A DNA stretch of 64,000 nt, from NCBI GenBank assembly GCA_963837465.1, contig CAWINB010000001.1, positions 220,981 to 284,980 of the forward strand. The letters are read 5' to 3'. This document shows, one piece after another, positions 1 to 7,539 of the stretch. The stretch is from Candidatus Doudnabacteria bacterium. GTDB taxonomy: Bacteria; Patescibacteriota; Doudnabacteria; UBA920. The notes beneath the pieces are model-generated. The model was given only the letters and a program-made list of their open reading frames with translations. It was not told the origin of the DNA and did no database searches. Position numbers and translations under genes: made by a program. Positions within the stretch are counted from its first letter, which is position 1, and each line of letters opens with the position of its first letter.

Positions 1-1350
1 CGGTTTTTGCCACGTAATCAAATTCTCTAGTAAGTGATATGAATCACCATATTGGCGTGAATTATAAGGTGGATCAATATAAAGCACATCGCACTGAATC
101 TGCCGAATTAGTTGGTTCGCATCTTTGTTATATATTTCATTACTATGATTATTTCGGACATTGATATCCGGAGCAACTAATTTTAGCTCTTGTATGGTAT
201 CCAAAATTTTTCTGTATGCCTCAAAGTGACCAACGGTATTAGCTACCTTATCAACGGCGTAAAGCAAAGAGGTAAGTAGTATATTCTTTTCATTGTCATT
301 GATGTCCAGATGTTCAATTTCATCTCTTATTGCACCAATCTTAAGCGAATTAGCTTTGGTGAAAAATGTGCCGCCAAAGTTTTGGGAAATATAATTTTCT
401 TTGCTTGGATTCAACTGATTCAAGTAATCTATAAGATTGCTTATTTTTTCTCTATCGTATTCATCAGTTTTAAGCCAGCACTGTAGGCTCGTATAGCTAC
501 TGGTTAAAATATCGTTGGAAATAATTTTTGCATCTGGGCGGTTAAAATAATATCCCACCACTCCGGTGCCAGCGAAGATATCACAAAAGCTTTGGAAGTT
601 GCCGCATTTTTCTGACACGATGTCGCCAATGAAACCTAAAAGTTTAGATTTATTTCCTAAAAATCTTCTGCTTTGAATCTGTAACCATTGTTCTTTTTTT
701 TTGGACATTACAAAATTAGGTAAGGTTGTAATCGGCCTGCTAGTTACAAAGGTGTCTGCGCGTATAATCCCAGTAAGTTTGCCTCTAATTTCTAAATGCC
801 TAACAAAAATAGGTTTATAATTATTATTTGCCGGCTGAAGTCTGAAGTTACTCTTTTCTTTGTAAATTCTTTTTAAAGTCGCTTCGCCATTAATAACGGC
901 AACTCCAATTTCTCCATTTTCTACCATAGGTTGCTGATGAATTACAACTATATCACCGGTAGAAATTCCCGCGTCCTGCATACTTTGCCCTTCCACTCGT
1001 AAAGCAAAGTGATTGCCAAATGGAAGGGTTAATTGTTTGGGGACAGAAATAACTTCTGGAATCTCGGTTGCTTCAATTGGCTGTCCTGCGGCGATAATTC
1101 CTAAAAGAGGTATCTGTACAAGTTCCTGACTATCATTTTCGTTTAACTCAATTGAGCGCGCCAAATTATCTATCTTTTTAAGATAGTTTTTTTCAACTAA
1201 AGCGTTGATATGCTGATGTACTGTCGAAACAGCTGAGACTTTAAGACTTTTCTTAATTTCCTCAAGAGTAGGGGGTACGCCTTTACGTTGTATAGCAGTC
1301 CGAATGAAATTCAAGACCTGCGCTTGTCTCTTTGATAAAGGCTTTTTCAT
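1..1350 (-). CDS. LexA-like repressor (winged HTH + S24 peptidase) fused in frame to a Dam-like (D12 class) N6-adenine DNA methyltransferase. It is 3'-truncated by the window edge.
   Basis: Hand translation of the minus strand from the ATG at 1350-1348 has no stop down to position 1. Residues 1-210 read MKKPLSKRQAQVLNFIRTAIQRKGVPPTLEEI...IPLLGIIAAGQP...ALRVEGQSMQDAGISTGDIVVIH...ATLKRIYKEK. This matches the LexA HTH, the Ala-Gly cleavage region and the Ser/Lys catalytic dyad. The sequence then continues KKKEQWLQIQSRRFLGNKSKLLGF...CDIFAGTGVVGYYF...ISNDILTSSY...VLYIDPPYNSRQYGDSYH. These are the Dam family N-terminal G-x-K-xxLL motif, motif I FxGxG and motif IV DPPY. A stop codon (TAA) lies immediately upstream of the ATG. 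Confidence 0.6.
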   Translation of the reverse strand, partial: MKKPLSKRQAQVLNFIRTAIQRKGVPPTLEEIKKSLKVSAVSTVHQHINALVEKNYLKKIDNLARSIELNENDSQELVQIPLLGIIAAGQPIEATEIPEVISVPKQLTLPFGNHFALRVEGQSMQDAGISTGDIVVIHQQPMVENGEIGVAVINGEATLKRIYKEKSNFRLQPANNNYKPIFVRHLEIRGKLTGIIRADTFVTSRPITTLPNFVMSKKKEQWLQIQSRRFLGNKSKLLGFIGDIVSEKCGNFQSFCDIFAGTGVVGYYFNRPDAKIISNDILTSSYTSLQCWLKTDEYDREKISNLIDYLNQLNPSKENYISQNFGGTFFTKANSLKIGAIRDEIEHLDINDNEKNILLTSLLYAVDKVANTVGHFEAYRKILDTIQELKLVAPDINVRNNHSNEIYNKDANQLIRQIQCDVLYIDPPYNSRQYGDSYHLLENLITWQKP

Positions 1351-1390
1351 ATTTTTTTATTTTACTCAAATTTATACTGTTAATTTAATT

Positions 1391-1411
1391 ATACCGAAAA
1401 AATACCGAAAA
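1391..1411. promoter_or_regulatory. Tandem direct repeat ATACCGAAAA x2 with 11-bp register in the divergent promoter region between the LexA-methyltransferase gene and the recombinase gene. It is a candidate operator. On the minus strand the repeat lies next to a TATAAT box.
   Basis: ataccgaaaa at 1391-1400 and again at 1402-1411. The minus-strand reading is ttttcggtattttttcggTATAATtaaatt. Confidence 0.3.
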
Positions 1412-1628
1412 GATAAATGGCTTATCCACATGCTTATAGCCGGTTAGGAGAATTCCAATTTTTTTTGGGGGATTAGTTATCAACTTCCTCAACCTGGACT
1501 TCACTTAGCCGTTGCGTCATTCCTTGTAGTGTAAGCAACTAATAAGGAAAGGAGCAAAATGCAAACAATAACAACAAACCAGGCACTAGGACTGGCTAAC
1601 CAAATCGCCGCGCCCCCACAACAGGTAG

Positions 1629-2906
1629 GGTCTAGCGGCAAGCTATTGCCTGTATGCAAGAAAGAGCTCGGAGGACGACGAAAGGCAGGCGCTGAGCATC
1701 GATAGCCAAATTAAAGAGATGATGCTCATAGCAGACCGCGAACATCTGGTAATATCCGAGGTGCGCAAAGAAAGCCACTCAGCTAAAGATTCTGGCCAGA
1801 GGCCGGTGTACAACCAACTGCTCAAAGATGTTAGGAGCGGAATGTTCGCGGGCATCCTAACATGGTCGCCGGATCGTCTTAGTAGGAATGCCGGTGACTT
1901 AGGGGTGCTGGTGGACTTAATGGACCAGGGACTGCTTAAGGAAATCCGAACTCACGGCCAGCGATTCAGTAACTCACCGAACGAAAAGTTCCTACTGATG
2001 ATCTTATGTAGCCAAGCTAAACTGGAAAACGATAACAGAGGTATCAACGTAAAACGCGGACTTAAAAATAAAGCTGAGCTGGGAATTAGGCCGGGACTGG
2101 CCCCCTTGGGTTACTATAACGAACTAAGTCATGACAGAAATAAGGGTAAGATTGTTGTAGACCCAGTTAGAGCGCCAGCAGTAAAAGAAATGTTTGAGAG
2201 AGTGGCTTACAATGGCGACAGTGGCCGGGACATTCTAAACTGGCTAAGTAACGAAATCGCATTTACAACCAGAACCGGTAAACGAGTGGCGCTAAGTAAT
2301 GTGTACGCCATGCTCAGGAATAATTTTTATTACGGCATGTTTGAATACCCGTTCAAGAGTGGAAATTGGTACGAGGGAACACACGAGCCGCTAATTAATA
2401 AAGATTTGTTCGATAAAGTACAAGAGCAGTTACGAACTGCGCCTAAGTCTATGCCGGGAACCAAAGAGTTCGATTTTACTAAAATATTTACTTGCGGTGC
2501 CTGCGGTTCGGGAGTAACTGCCGAGGAAAAATTTAAAAACCTAAAAGATGGAACGGTAAGAAGATATATCTACTATCACTGTACTGGTGGGTCTGACCGG
2601 AGCTGTAACCAACTTTATATTAGGGAAGATGAAATTTTAAGCCAGCTGATGGATATAATAGACCGCTTAGATATAGACCAGCTCGGGATTAAAGACCGAG
2701 TTTACAAAGAACTATTTCGCTATCAAACATTAATAAAAAGCGTCTTAGGCCAGCCAGGTATGGCGGCCATTGAATTGCCGCAGATAGACACTAAAGCTTA
2801 CGCCAAGCACATACTTAAGGATGGGAGCAGGGATGAAAAACGAGAGCTGCTATCATGTTTAAAAACCAAACTATTGATAAAAGACAAAAAAGTATACGCA
2901 GAATAA
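1629..2906 (+). CDS. Large serine recombinase (resolvase catalytic domain + recombinase domain + zinc ribbon). The N-terminus is out of frame with the only upstream ATG that has an RBS.
   Basis: The frame after the stop at 1626 reads GLAASYCLYARKSSEDDERQALSIDSQ...ILTWSPDRLSRN... (catalytic Ser motif and DRLSR), then ...CGACGSGV...YYHCTGG (zinc ribbon). The ORF track starts at the ATG at 1719, which is internal to the catalytic domain. An ATG at 1559 follows a strong RBS (aaggaaaggag) but is in the +1 frame and encodes a 48-codon ORF that overlaps the catalytic-domain start. Confidence 0.7.
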   Translation, partial: GLAASYCLYARKSSEDDERQALSIDSQIKEMMLIADREHLVISEVRKESHSAKDSGQRPVYNQLLKDVRSGMFAGILTWSPDRLSRNAGDLGVLVDLMDQGLLKEIRTHGQRFSNSPNEKFLLMILCSQAKLENDNRGINVKRGLKNKAELGIRPGLAPLGYYNELSHDRNKGKIVVDPVRAPAVKEMFERVAYNGDSGRDILNWLSNEIAFTTRTGKRVALSNVYAMLRNNFYYGMFEYPFKSGNWYEGTHEPLINKDLFDKVQEQLRTAPKSMPGTKEFDFTKIFTCGACGSGVTAEEKFKNLKDGTVRRYIYYHCTGGSDRSCNQLYIREDEILSQLMDIIDRLDIDQLGIKDRVYKELFRYQTLIKSVLGQPGMAAIELPQIDTKAYAKHILKDGSRDEKRELLSCLKTKLLIKDKKVYAE

Positions 2907-2954
2907 AGTAGGACTCGAACCTAGGAAAAGATTACTTAAAGTAGTTTAGACAAA

Positions 2955-2994
2955 AAATAAGAGCATGGACGCAAAATCCATGCTCTTATTTTCT
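2955..2994 (+). terminator. Rho-independent terminator after the recombinase gene.
   Basis: Perfect 15-bp hairpin aaataagagcatgga / tccatgctcttattt with loop cgcaaaa, followed by T-rich ttct. Confidence 0.6.
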
Positions 2995-3048
2995 ATAGAT
3001 TCTAGACCCGTGATTCAGGGTTAGTAGGTCACCAGGAACCAGAATTTG

Positions 3049-3123
3049 TGGCTGGGGCGCCAGGGATCGAACCTGGGAATGCAGGCTTCAAAGGCCCGTG
3101 CCTTACCGCTTGGCTACGCCCCA
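3049..3123 (-). tRNA. tRNA-Gln (anticodon UUG) with encoded CCA.
   Basis: Reverse complement is UGGGGCGUAGCCAAGCGGUAAGGCACGGGCCUUUGAAGCCUGCAUUCCCAGGUUCGAUCCCUGGCGCCCCAGCCA. It has a 7-bp acceptor stem, U8, anticodon stem CGGGC/GCCUG, loop CUUUGAA giving anticodon UUG, T-arm CCAGG-UUCGAUC-CCUGG, discriminator G and CCA. Confidence 0.85.
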
Positions 3124-3269
3124 ATAATATAGATTACAATTAACAGCTAAAACTATTCGGCAACTAACAGACATTATAAAATAAAACCCCGAAAAAGAAA
3201 AGACAACCAGGAGTTTTGCCGGACGGCGCCTTTAAAAGGTTGAATATTAAGGCAAAAATTGGGGCCAGT

Positions 3270-4010
3270 TTAATTTTGGGGAACATTACCGCTTTGGCCC
3301 AAATCCCCGCCTTTTTGGCCCACGTCAATAACATGCTCTTTCTTCGCGCTAATCTGAAGCTGTAAAATATTTTTGTCCAAAGAAGCCGCTTCTTCCGCTT
3401 TACCACCGGCCTTTAGGCTGTCGCGCTGCTTTTTTAAAGCCGAGAGGGCGACGGTGACTTCGGCCCTGGCTTCTACAATAGCCCGCAGCCTGAGCTGCCC
3501 GTCGCGCGAAAGGGCAGTATTCAAACCTGCTGCCGGGGAAGCCGGGCTGCCGTTGGCTGCCTGGCCACGGGAATTTAAAGCACCGGGTACGGCCGCGGCT
3601 GAATCTTTGGCCGCGAGTTCATCAAGCTCGCTGAGCCTTTCCTGGGCAAATTTGGCCTGTAGCTTGGCTTTGGATTCCGCGGATACGGTTAAAGTTAACT
3701 CCACTTTTTCCTTGGCTCTTTTAATGGAATAAAGTGGCTGGCCCGGTAAAGCGGTATTGGAGGCAAAAGCCGTTCCTGCCAGCATGGACAATCCCAGGGC
3801 CACAGCCGCGAAATAACGGGTAAATTTTCCCCAGTTTTGGGCAAAACCTTTGGCGGCAGTTTGGGGAGATGATAATAACGAGCGGAAAATTTTTTCCTTA
3901 ATCAAAGCCTGTCTGTCCGGAGCCAAAGGTTTTACGCCACTGCTTAAAACGCCCAGCGACTGGATTTCTTTTTTAAACTTTTCGGCAATTTTTTGGTCAT
4001 TAAAAATCAT
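3270..4010 (-). CDS. Putative anti-sigma factor. It is a single-pass membrane protein encoded directly downstream of the ECF sigma factor.
   Basis: 246 aa with a central hydrophobic segment YFAAVALGLSMLAGTAFA. It is co-oriented with the sigma gene and starts 18 bp after it. Confidence 0.4.
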   Translation of the reverse strand: MIFNDQKIAEKFKKEIQSLGVLSSGVKPLAPDRQALIKEKIFRSLLSSPQTAAKGFAQNWGKFTRYFAAVALGLSMLAGTAFASNTALPGQPLYSIKRAKEKVELTLTVSAESKAKLQAKFAQERLSELDELAAKDSAAAVPGALNSRGQAANGSPASPAAGLNTALSRDGQLRLRAIVEARAEVTVALSALKKQRDSLKAGGKAEEAASLDKNILQLQISAKKEHVIDVGQKGGDLGQSGNVPQN

Positions 4011-4027
4011 ACGCCGTAAAAATAAAT

Positions 4028-4597
4028 TTACGCTATTGTACTGCCAAGCTTGGAAGTTTTGCCTGAACCGGATAATATATTCTTCATCTTTTTTAAGGCC
4101 CGATGCTGGATTAACCTTACAGCCAGATTACTTTTACCCAAAACCGCTGCTGTTTCCCGCACCGACAAATCCTGGATAAAACGCAGCTCCAGAACCTGGC
4201 GGTAAAGCGCGGGCAGCAGGGCAAAAGCCCGGATGGCAATTTCCATATCCGAATTTGTGGCAGCCTCCTGCTCCAGGGAAGTTTTGTCCGCCAAATCCAT
4301 ACTGTCTTTTATGGAAGTCGTAACGGGACCGCGATAGACCTTACGGAAGTGGTCGTTAACGCAATTGCCGGCAATTTTATAAATCCAGGCGGAAAAATTC
4401 AGGCCCTCCATGTTAACCCCGGCAAGCCCGCGGTAAGCTTTAATAAAAACTTCCTGCAGAACATCTTCGGCTTCCTGCTGGTTCTGGATTTTTATGCGGA
4501 TATACCTGAAAAGCCGCCCGGCAAATTGATCGTAAATTTGGCCAAAAGCTTCGGAATCTCCCTGTCTGGCTTTAATTACCAAGTCATCAATCCCCAT
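4028..4597 (-). CDS. ECF-type RNA polymerase sigma-70 factor.
   Basis: Region 2 reads ...FGQIYDQFAGRLFRYIRIKIQNQQEAEDVLQEVFIKAYRGL. Region 4 reads ...LELRFIQDLSVRETAAVLGKSNLAVRLIQHRALKKM. Confidence 0.8.
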   Translation of the reverse strand: MGIDDLVIKARQGDSEAFGQIYDQFAGRLFRYIRIKIQNQQEAEDVLQEVFIKAYRGLAGVNMEGLNFSAWIYKIAGNCVNDHFRKVYRGPVTTSIKDSMDLADKTSLEQEAATNSDMEIAIRAFALLPALYRQVLELRFIQDLSVRETAAVLGKSNLAVRLIQHRALKKMKNILSGSGKTSKLGSTIA

Positions 4598-4742
4598 AAA
4601 TTAAAACGCTGTTTTTAGCATTCTGTTTTACCCGTTCTGAAAATTTATCTGCCTTATTTAAAGCAAAGACGGACGGACGCTGCTATCATACATTAAAATA
4701 ATGATATAATGAAGAGGCTAACTCTGCTCAAAAATAAAAACC

Positions 4743-5123
4743 ATGGGGCCCGACGAAGAACTCGCGAAAAAATTCCAAAGCTACCAGGAAGTGGCAAAAG
4801 ATAATCCCAACGTTGACGTTGGGATGCTGATGCTTAACGCCCTGCAGACCCAGAAACAAAACTACGTTTCCACCAAAAAAAAGTGGTGGATTTATACTAT
4901 TTCCTCAAGCATTCCCATGTCGGGATTTTTATTCGCCATCTACTATTATTATTTTGGCGAGGAAGACGACTCGCGCCAAGTGGCCTGGATATCCATAGGT
5001 CTAACCTTATTTTCCACTTTTATGTACTGGGCTCTGGCCAAAGCCACCTTTTCCGGCACAGGAGCTTCCGTCCAGCAAATCCAGCAGATAAAACCGAGTG
5101 ACATTATGCAGCTGACACAGTAG
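4743..5123 (+). CDS. Hypothetical small membrane protein.
   Basis: 126 aa with two hydrophobic segments (WWIYTISSSIPMSGFLFAIYYYYF and VAWISIGLTLFSTFMYWAL). A -10-like gatataat lies upstream. Confidence 0.45.
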   Translation: MGPDEELAKKFQSYQEVAKDNPNVDVGMLMLNALQTQKQNYVSTKKKWWIYTISSSIPMSGFLFAIYYYYFGEEDDSRQVAWISIGLTLFSTFMYWALAKATFSGTGASVQQIQQIKPSDIMQLTQ

Positions 5124-5187
5124 ATCGTTGCGCGACCCGCGCGAGGGTTGCCCTTGAATCCCAAAGCATCGGCCCTGCATTTTTTGA

Positions 5188-6933
5188 TTACTTCCCCGCA
5201 ATCGGGCGCGTCGGCGGAATGCGCATATAGTTTAAAATAAACTGCGCGAATTGCCCCCAAACGGGAACGGCCGTGGTTTCCGCGAAAGCCGCGTCGCGGG
5301 GATGATCAACGCGGATAAGCATCAGGAACTGCGGGTTCTCCACCGGCGCGAAACCGATAAAAGACCCAATATTATCGTTTACCAAATACTTGCCGTCCGG
5401 ACCCGCCACCTGGGCAGTACCTGTTTTACCGGCCACATAGTATCCGGGCACGGCGGCCTCTTTGCCGTAGCCGTTTTCCACCACATCCACCAGCATGGCA
5501 TCCAGAGTGCTGGCGGTTTGCGGCGAAATTACCTGGGCCACCACATGCGGCGCGGTATTTTTTATTTTTCCGTCCGGAAAAATTTCCGACTGCACAATAT
5601 ACGGCCTCATCATTTTTCCGCCGTTGGCAAAAGCGGTGTAAGCTTCCAGCATTTGCATGGGCGTTACTGTAATACCCTGGCCAAAACTGGCCGTGTCGTA
5701 ATTTACCTGAATATTGTTGTCTCTTAGGCTGCTTAAATCCCCCACGGCCTCCGGCAATTCCACGCCCGTAGCCTGGCCAAAACCAAAAGCCTTGACGTAT
5801 TTTAAAAAGTCCGGGTTGCCCAGCTGATTTTCCGCGTAAAGGGCGCCGTCGTTGTAGGACCAATCCAAAACCTGGGTCATGGTGGTTAGGCCATGGGCTT
5901 TGTTGTCGGAATCGTGAATGTGAAAGCCGTCCACCGCGACATCGCCGGTATCAATATAAGTTGATGTGGGCGTAACTTTATTTTCATCCAAAGCCGCGGC
6001 CATGGTAATGGCCTTAAACACCGAACCCGGCTCGTAATTGCCGGTGACGGCCTCGCTGTTAAACAGTGACGGATCCGTAACCTGGTTATACTGGTTGGGA
6101 TTAAAATCCGGGTAGTTGGCCAGGGCCAAAATGGCTCCGGTTTTTGGGTTGGCCACAATAATACAGCCGCTGTCAGCGCCGTTTTTGGTTACCATGGTTT
6201 GCAGAACGTTTTCGGCCTGGAACTGGATAGTCTGGTCAATGGTTAAAATTAAATTGGCGCCGTCCTGGGCGGGCTGTTCGTAATCCTGAACTCCGAAGAC
6301 CAAAGAACCGGCGGAGCCCTGCTGAGTGGTCAGTTGGCCGGAGGTGCCGGCCAAATCGTTTTGGAAATAACGTTCCAGGCCGTACAATCCGACTTTTTGC
6401 GTCCCATTGGCCCCGTAGCCCACAAACCCCACAGTCTGGCTGAGTAAATTATTTTGCGGATAAAACCTGGTGTCCTCGGAATCAAAATAAATACCGGGCA
6501 GGTTCAGGGCTTTGATTCCGGCCTGTTCGCTGTCGCTGAGTTGTTTTTTTATAACTACGTATTTTTTGCCTGTTTCCGTAATTTTGCCTAAAACATCCCT
6601 GGGGTCCAGGCTCAAAACCGAGGCCAGACTTTCGGCCGTTAAATTGGGATTTAAAATATCCGGCGGCACCGCGTAAACCAGGTAGCTTTTTAAATTGGCG
6701 GCCAGCGGGATGGCGCCGAAGGATGATTTATCCACCAAATCTATTTCACCGCGGCTGGGCAGGAGCTTTTGGTAAATACTGTGCTGGGCTTCGGCTTCCT
6801 GCCTGATTTGCGCGCCGTGAATGACCTGAAGGCTGAACAGCCGCCAGGCAATGACCAGAAAAAACAACAATAAAAAAACAGTCAACAGGCTGCTTCGGGA
6901 GTTAAAGTTGGTTTTTTCTTTTCTGGCGGCCAT
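5188..6933 (-). CDS. ftsI: Penicillin-binding protein 2 / FtsI (peptidoglycan transpeptidase).
   Basis: N-terminal TM segment, and transpeptidase motifs in ...SVFKAITMAAALDE... and ...KTGTAQ.... It occupies the expected position in the dcw cluster after ftsL. Confidence 0.85.
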   Translation of the reverse strand: MAARKEKTNFNSRSSLLTVFLLLFFLVIAWRLFSLQVIHGAQIRQEAEAQHSIYQKLLPSRGEIDLVDKSSFGAIPLAANLKSYLVYAVPPDILNPNLTAESLASVLSLDPRDVLGKITETGKKYVVIKKQLSDSEQAGIKALNLPGIYFDSEDTRFYPQNNLLSQTVGFVGYGANGTQKVGLYGLERYFQNDLAGTSGQLTTQQGSAGSLVFGVQDYEQPAQDGANLILTIDQTIQFQAENVLQTMVTKNGADSGCIIVANPKTGAILALANYPDFNPNQYNQVTDPSLFNSEAVTGNYEPGSVFKAITMAAALDENKVTPTSTYIDTGDVAVDGFHIHDSDNKAHGLTTMTQVLDWSYNDGALYAENQLGNPDFLKYVKAFGFGQATGVELPEAVGDLSSLRDNNIQVNYDTASFGQGITVTPMQMLEAYTAFANGGKMMRPYIVQSEIFPDGKIKNTAPHVVAQVISPQTASTLDAMLVDVVENGYGKEAAVPGYYVAGKTGTAQVAGPDGKYLVNDNIGSFIGFAPVENPQFLMLIRVDHPRDAAFAETTAVPVWGQFAQFILNYMRIPPTRPIAGK

Positions 6934-7042
6934 AAGTCAAGTATCGCGCTAATTACTAATTTCGCAAATATTACCTCCGTTTGGCAGTCAGAATTGGTAA
7001 TATTTATACAATTGGTAATTAGCGGAATACAAACTCCCCGGG

Positions 7043-7420
7043 CTATTTCATAGTCAGTTCATTGTCGTTAGCCTGTAAAAACTTTGGCGTTTCCGCCGGC
7101 ACATAGTTGGCGCTTAAAAAATCGTTCTGGATGCTGACCATGGAAGCCGCCTCGGAAACTTTTAAATTTATCTGTTTGTTGTCGGAAGTCAGGTTGGCCA
7201 GCTGGTTTTGCAGCGTCTTTATTTCATAGCCCTGCGAGGTGAATTGGTTGACTCCGTAAACATAGGCAAAAAGCAGGACGATATTGGCGGCCACCAGCGC
7301 GAAAGCCAAACGCGCGCGCCGGGAATTTTTGGCAGTGTCCTTTTTTATAAGCCTGACTTTTGTTTTCGAAAAACCCGCCGGCCACAAGCCTTGCAATATT
7401 GCTTCTTTGGTCATATTCAT
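7043..7420 (-). CDS. ftsL: FtsL-like cell division protein (single TM + coiled coil).
   Basis: 125 aa with a TM segment LAFALVAANIVLLFAYVYGV followed by a coiled-coil-like region. It sits between rsmH and ftsI as in the canonical mraZ-rsmH-ftsL-ftsI order. Confidence 0.55.
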   Translation of the reverse strand: MNMTKEAILQGLWPAGFSKTKVRLIKKDTAKNSRRARLAFALVAANIVLLFAYVYGVNQFTSQGYEIKTLQNQLANLTSDNKQINLKVSEAASMVSIQNDFLSANYVPAETPKFLQANDNELTMK

Positions 7421-7539
7421 TTATTTTTATTTTAATTTTAATTACCGAAATTTTTTATTGCCGCAGAAAATTACAGAAGCTAAATTTTAAAATCAATTCA
7501 AATTTAAATAATAGGTTCCGCGGTTTTCTGCGGCTGTAT

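Noticed and set aside
1351-1430. A canonical SOS box upstream of the LexA-fusion gene.
   Set aside because: There is no CTGT-N8-ACAG (gammaproteobacterial type) and no GAAC-N4-GTTC (Cheo box). Only the ATACCGAAAA direct repeat is present. The operator, if there is one, is non-canonical.
1643-1855. A 70-aa minus-strand ORF.
   Set aside because: It overlaps the catalytic domain of the serine recombinase on the opposite strand and has no RBS or motif.
3373-3732. A 119-aa plus-strand ORF.
   Set aside because: It is antisense to the putative anti-sigma gene and has a low-complexity Ala, Ser and Leu-rich product.
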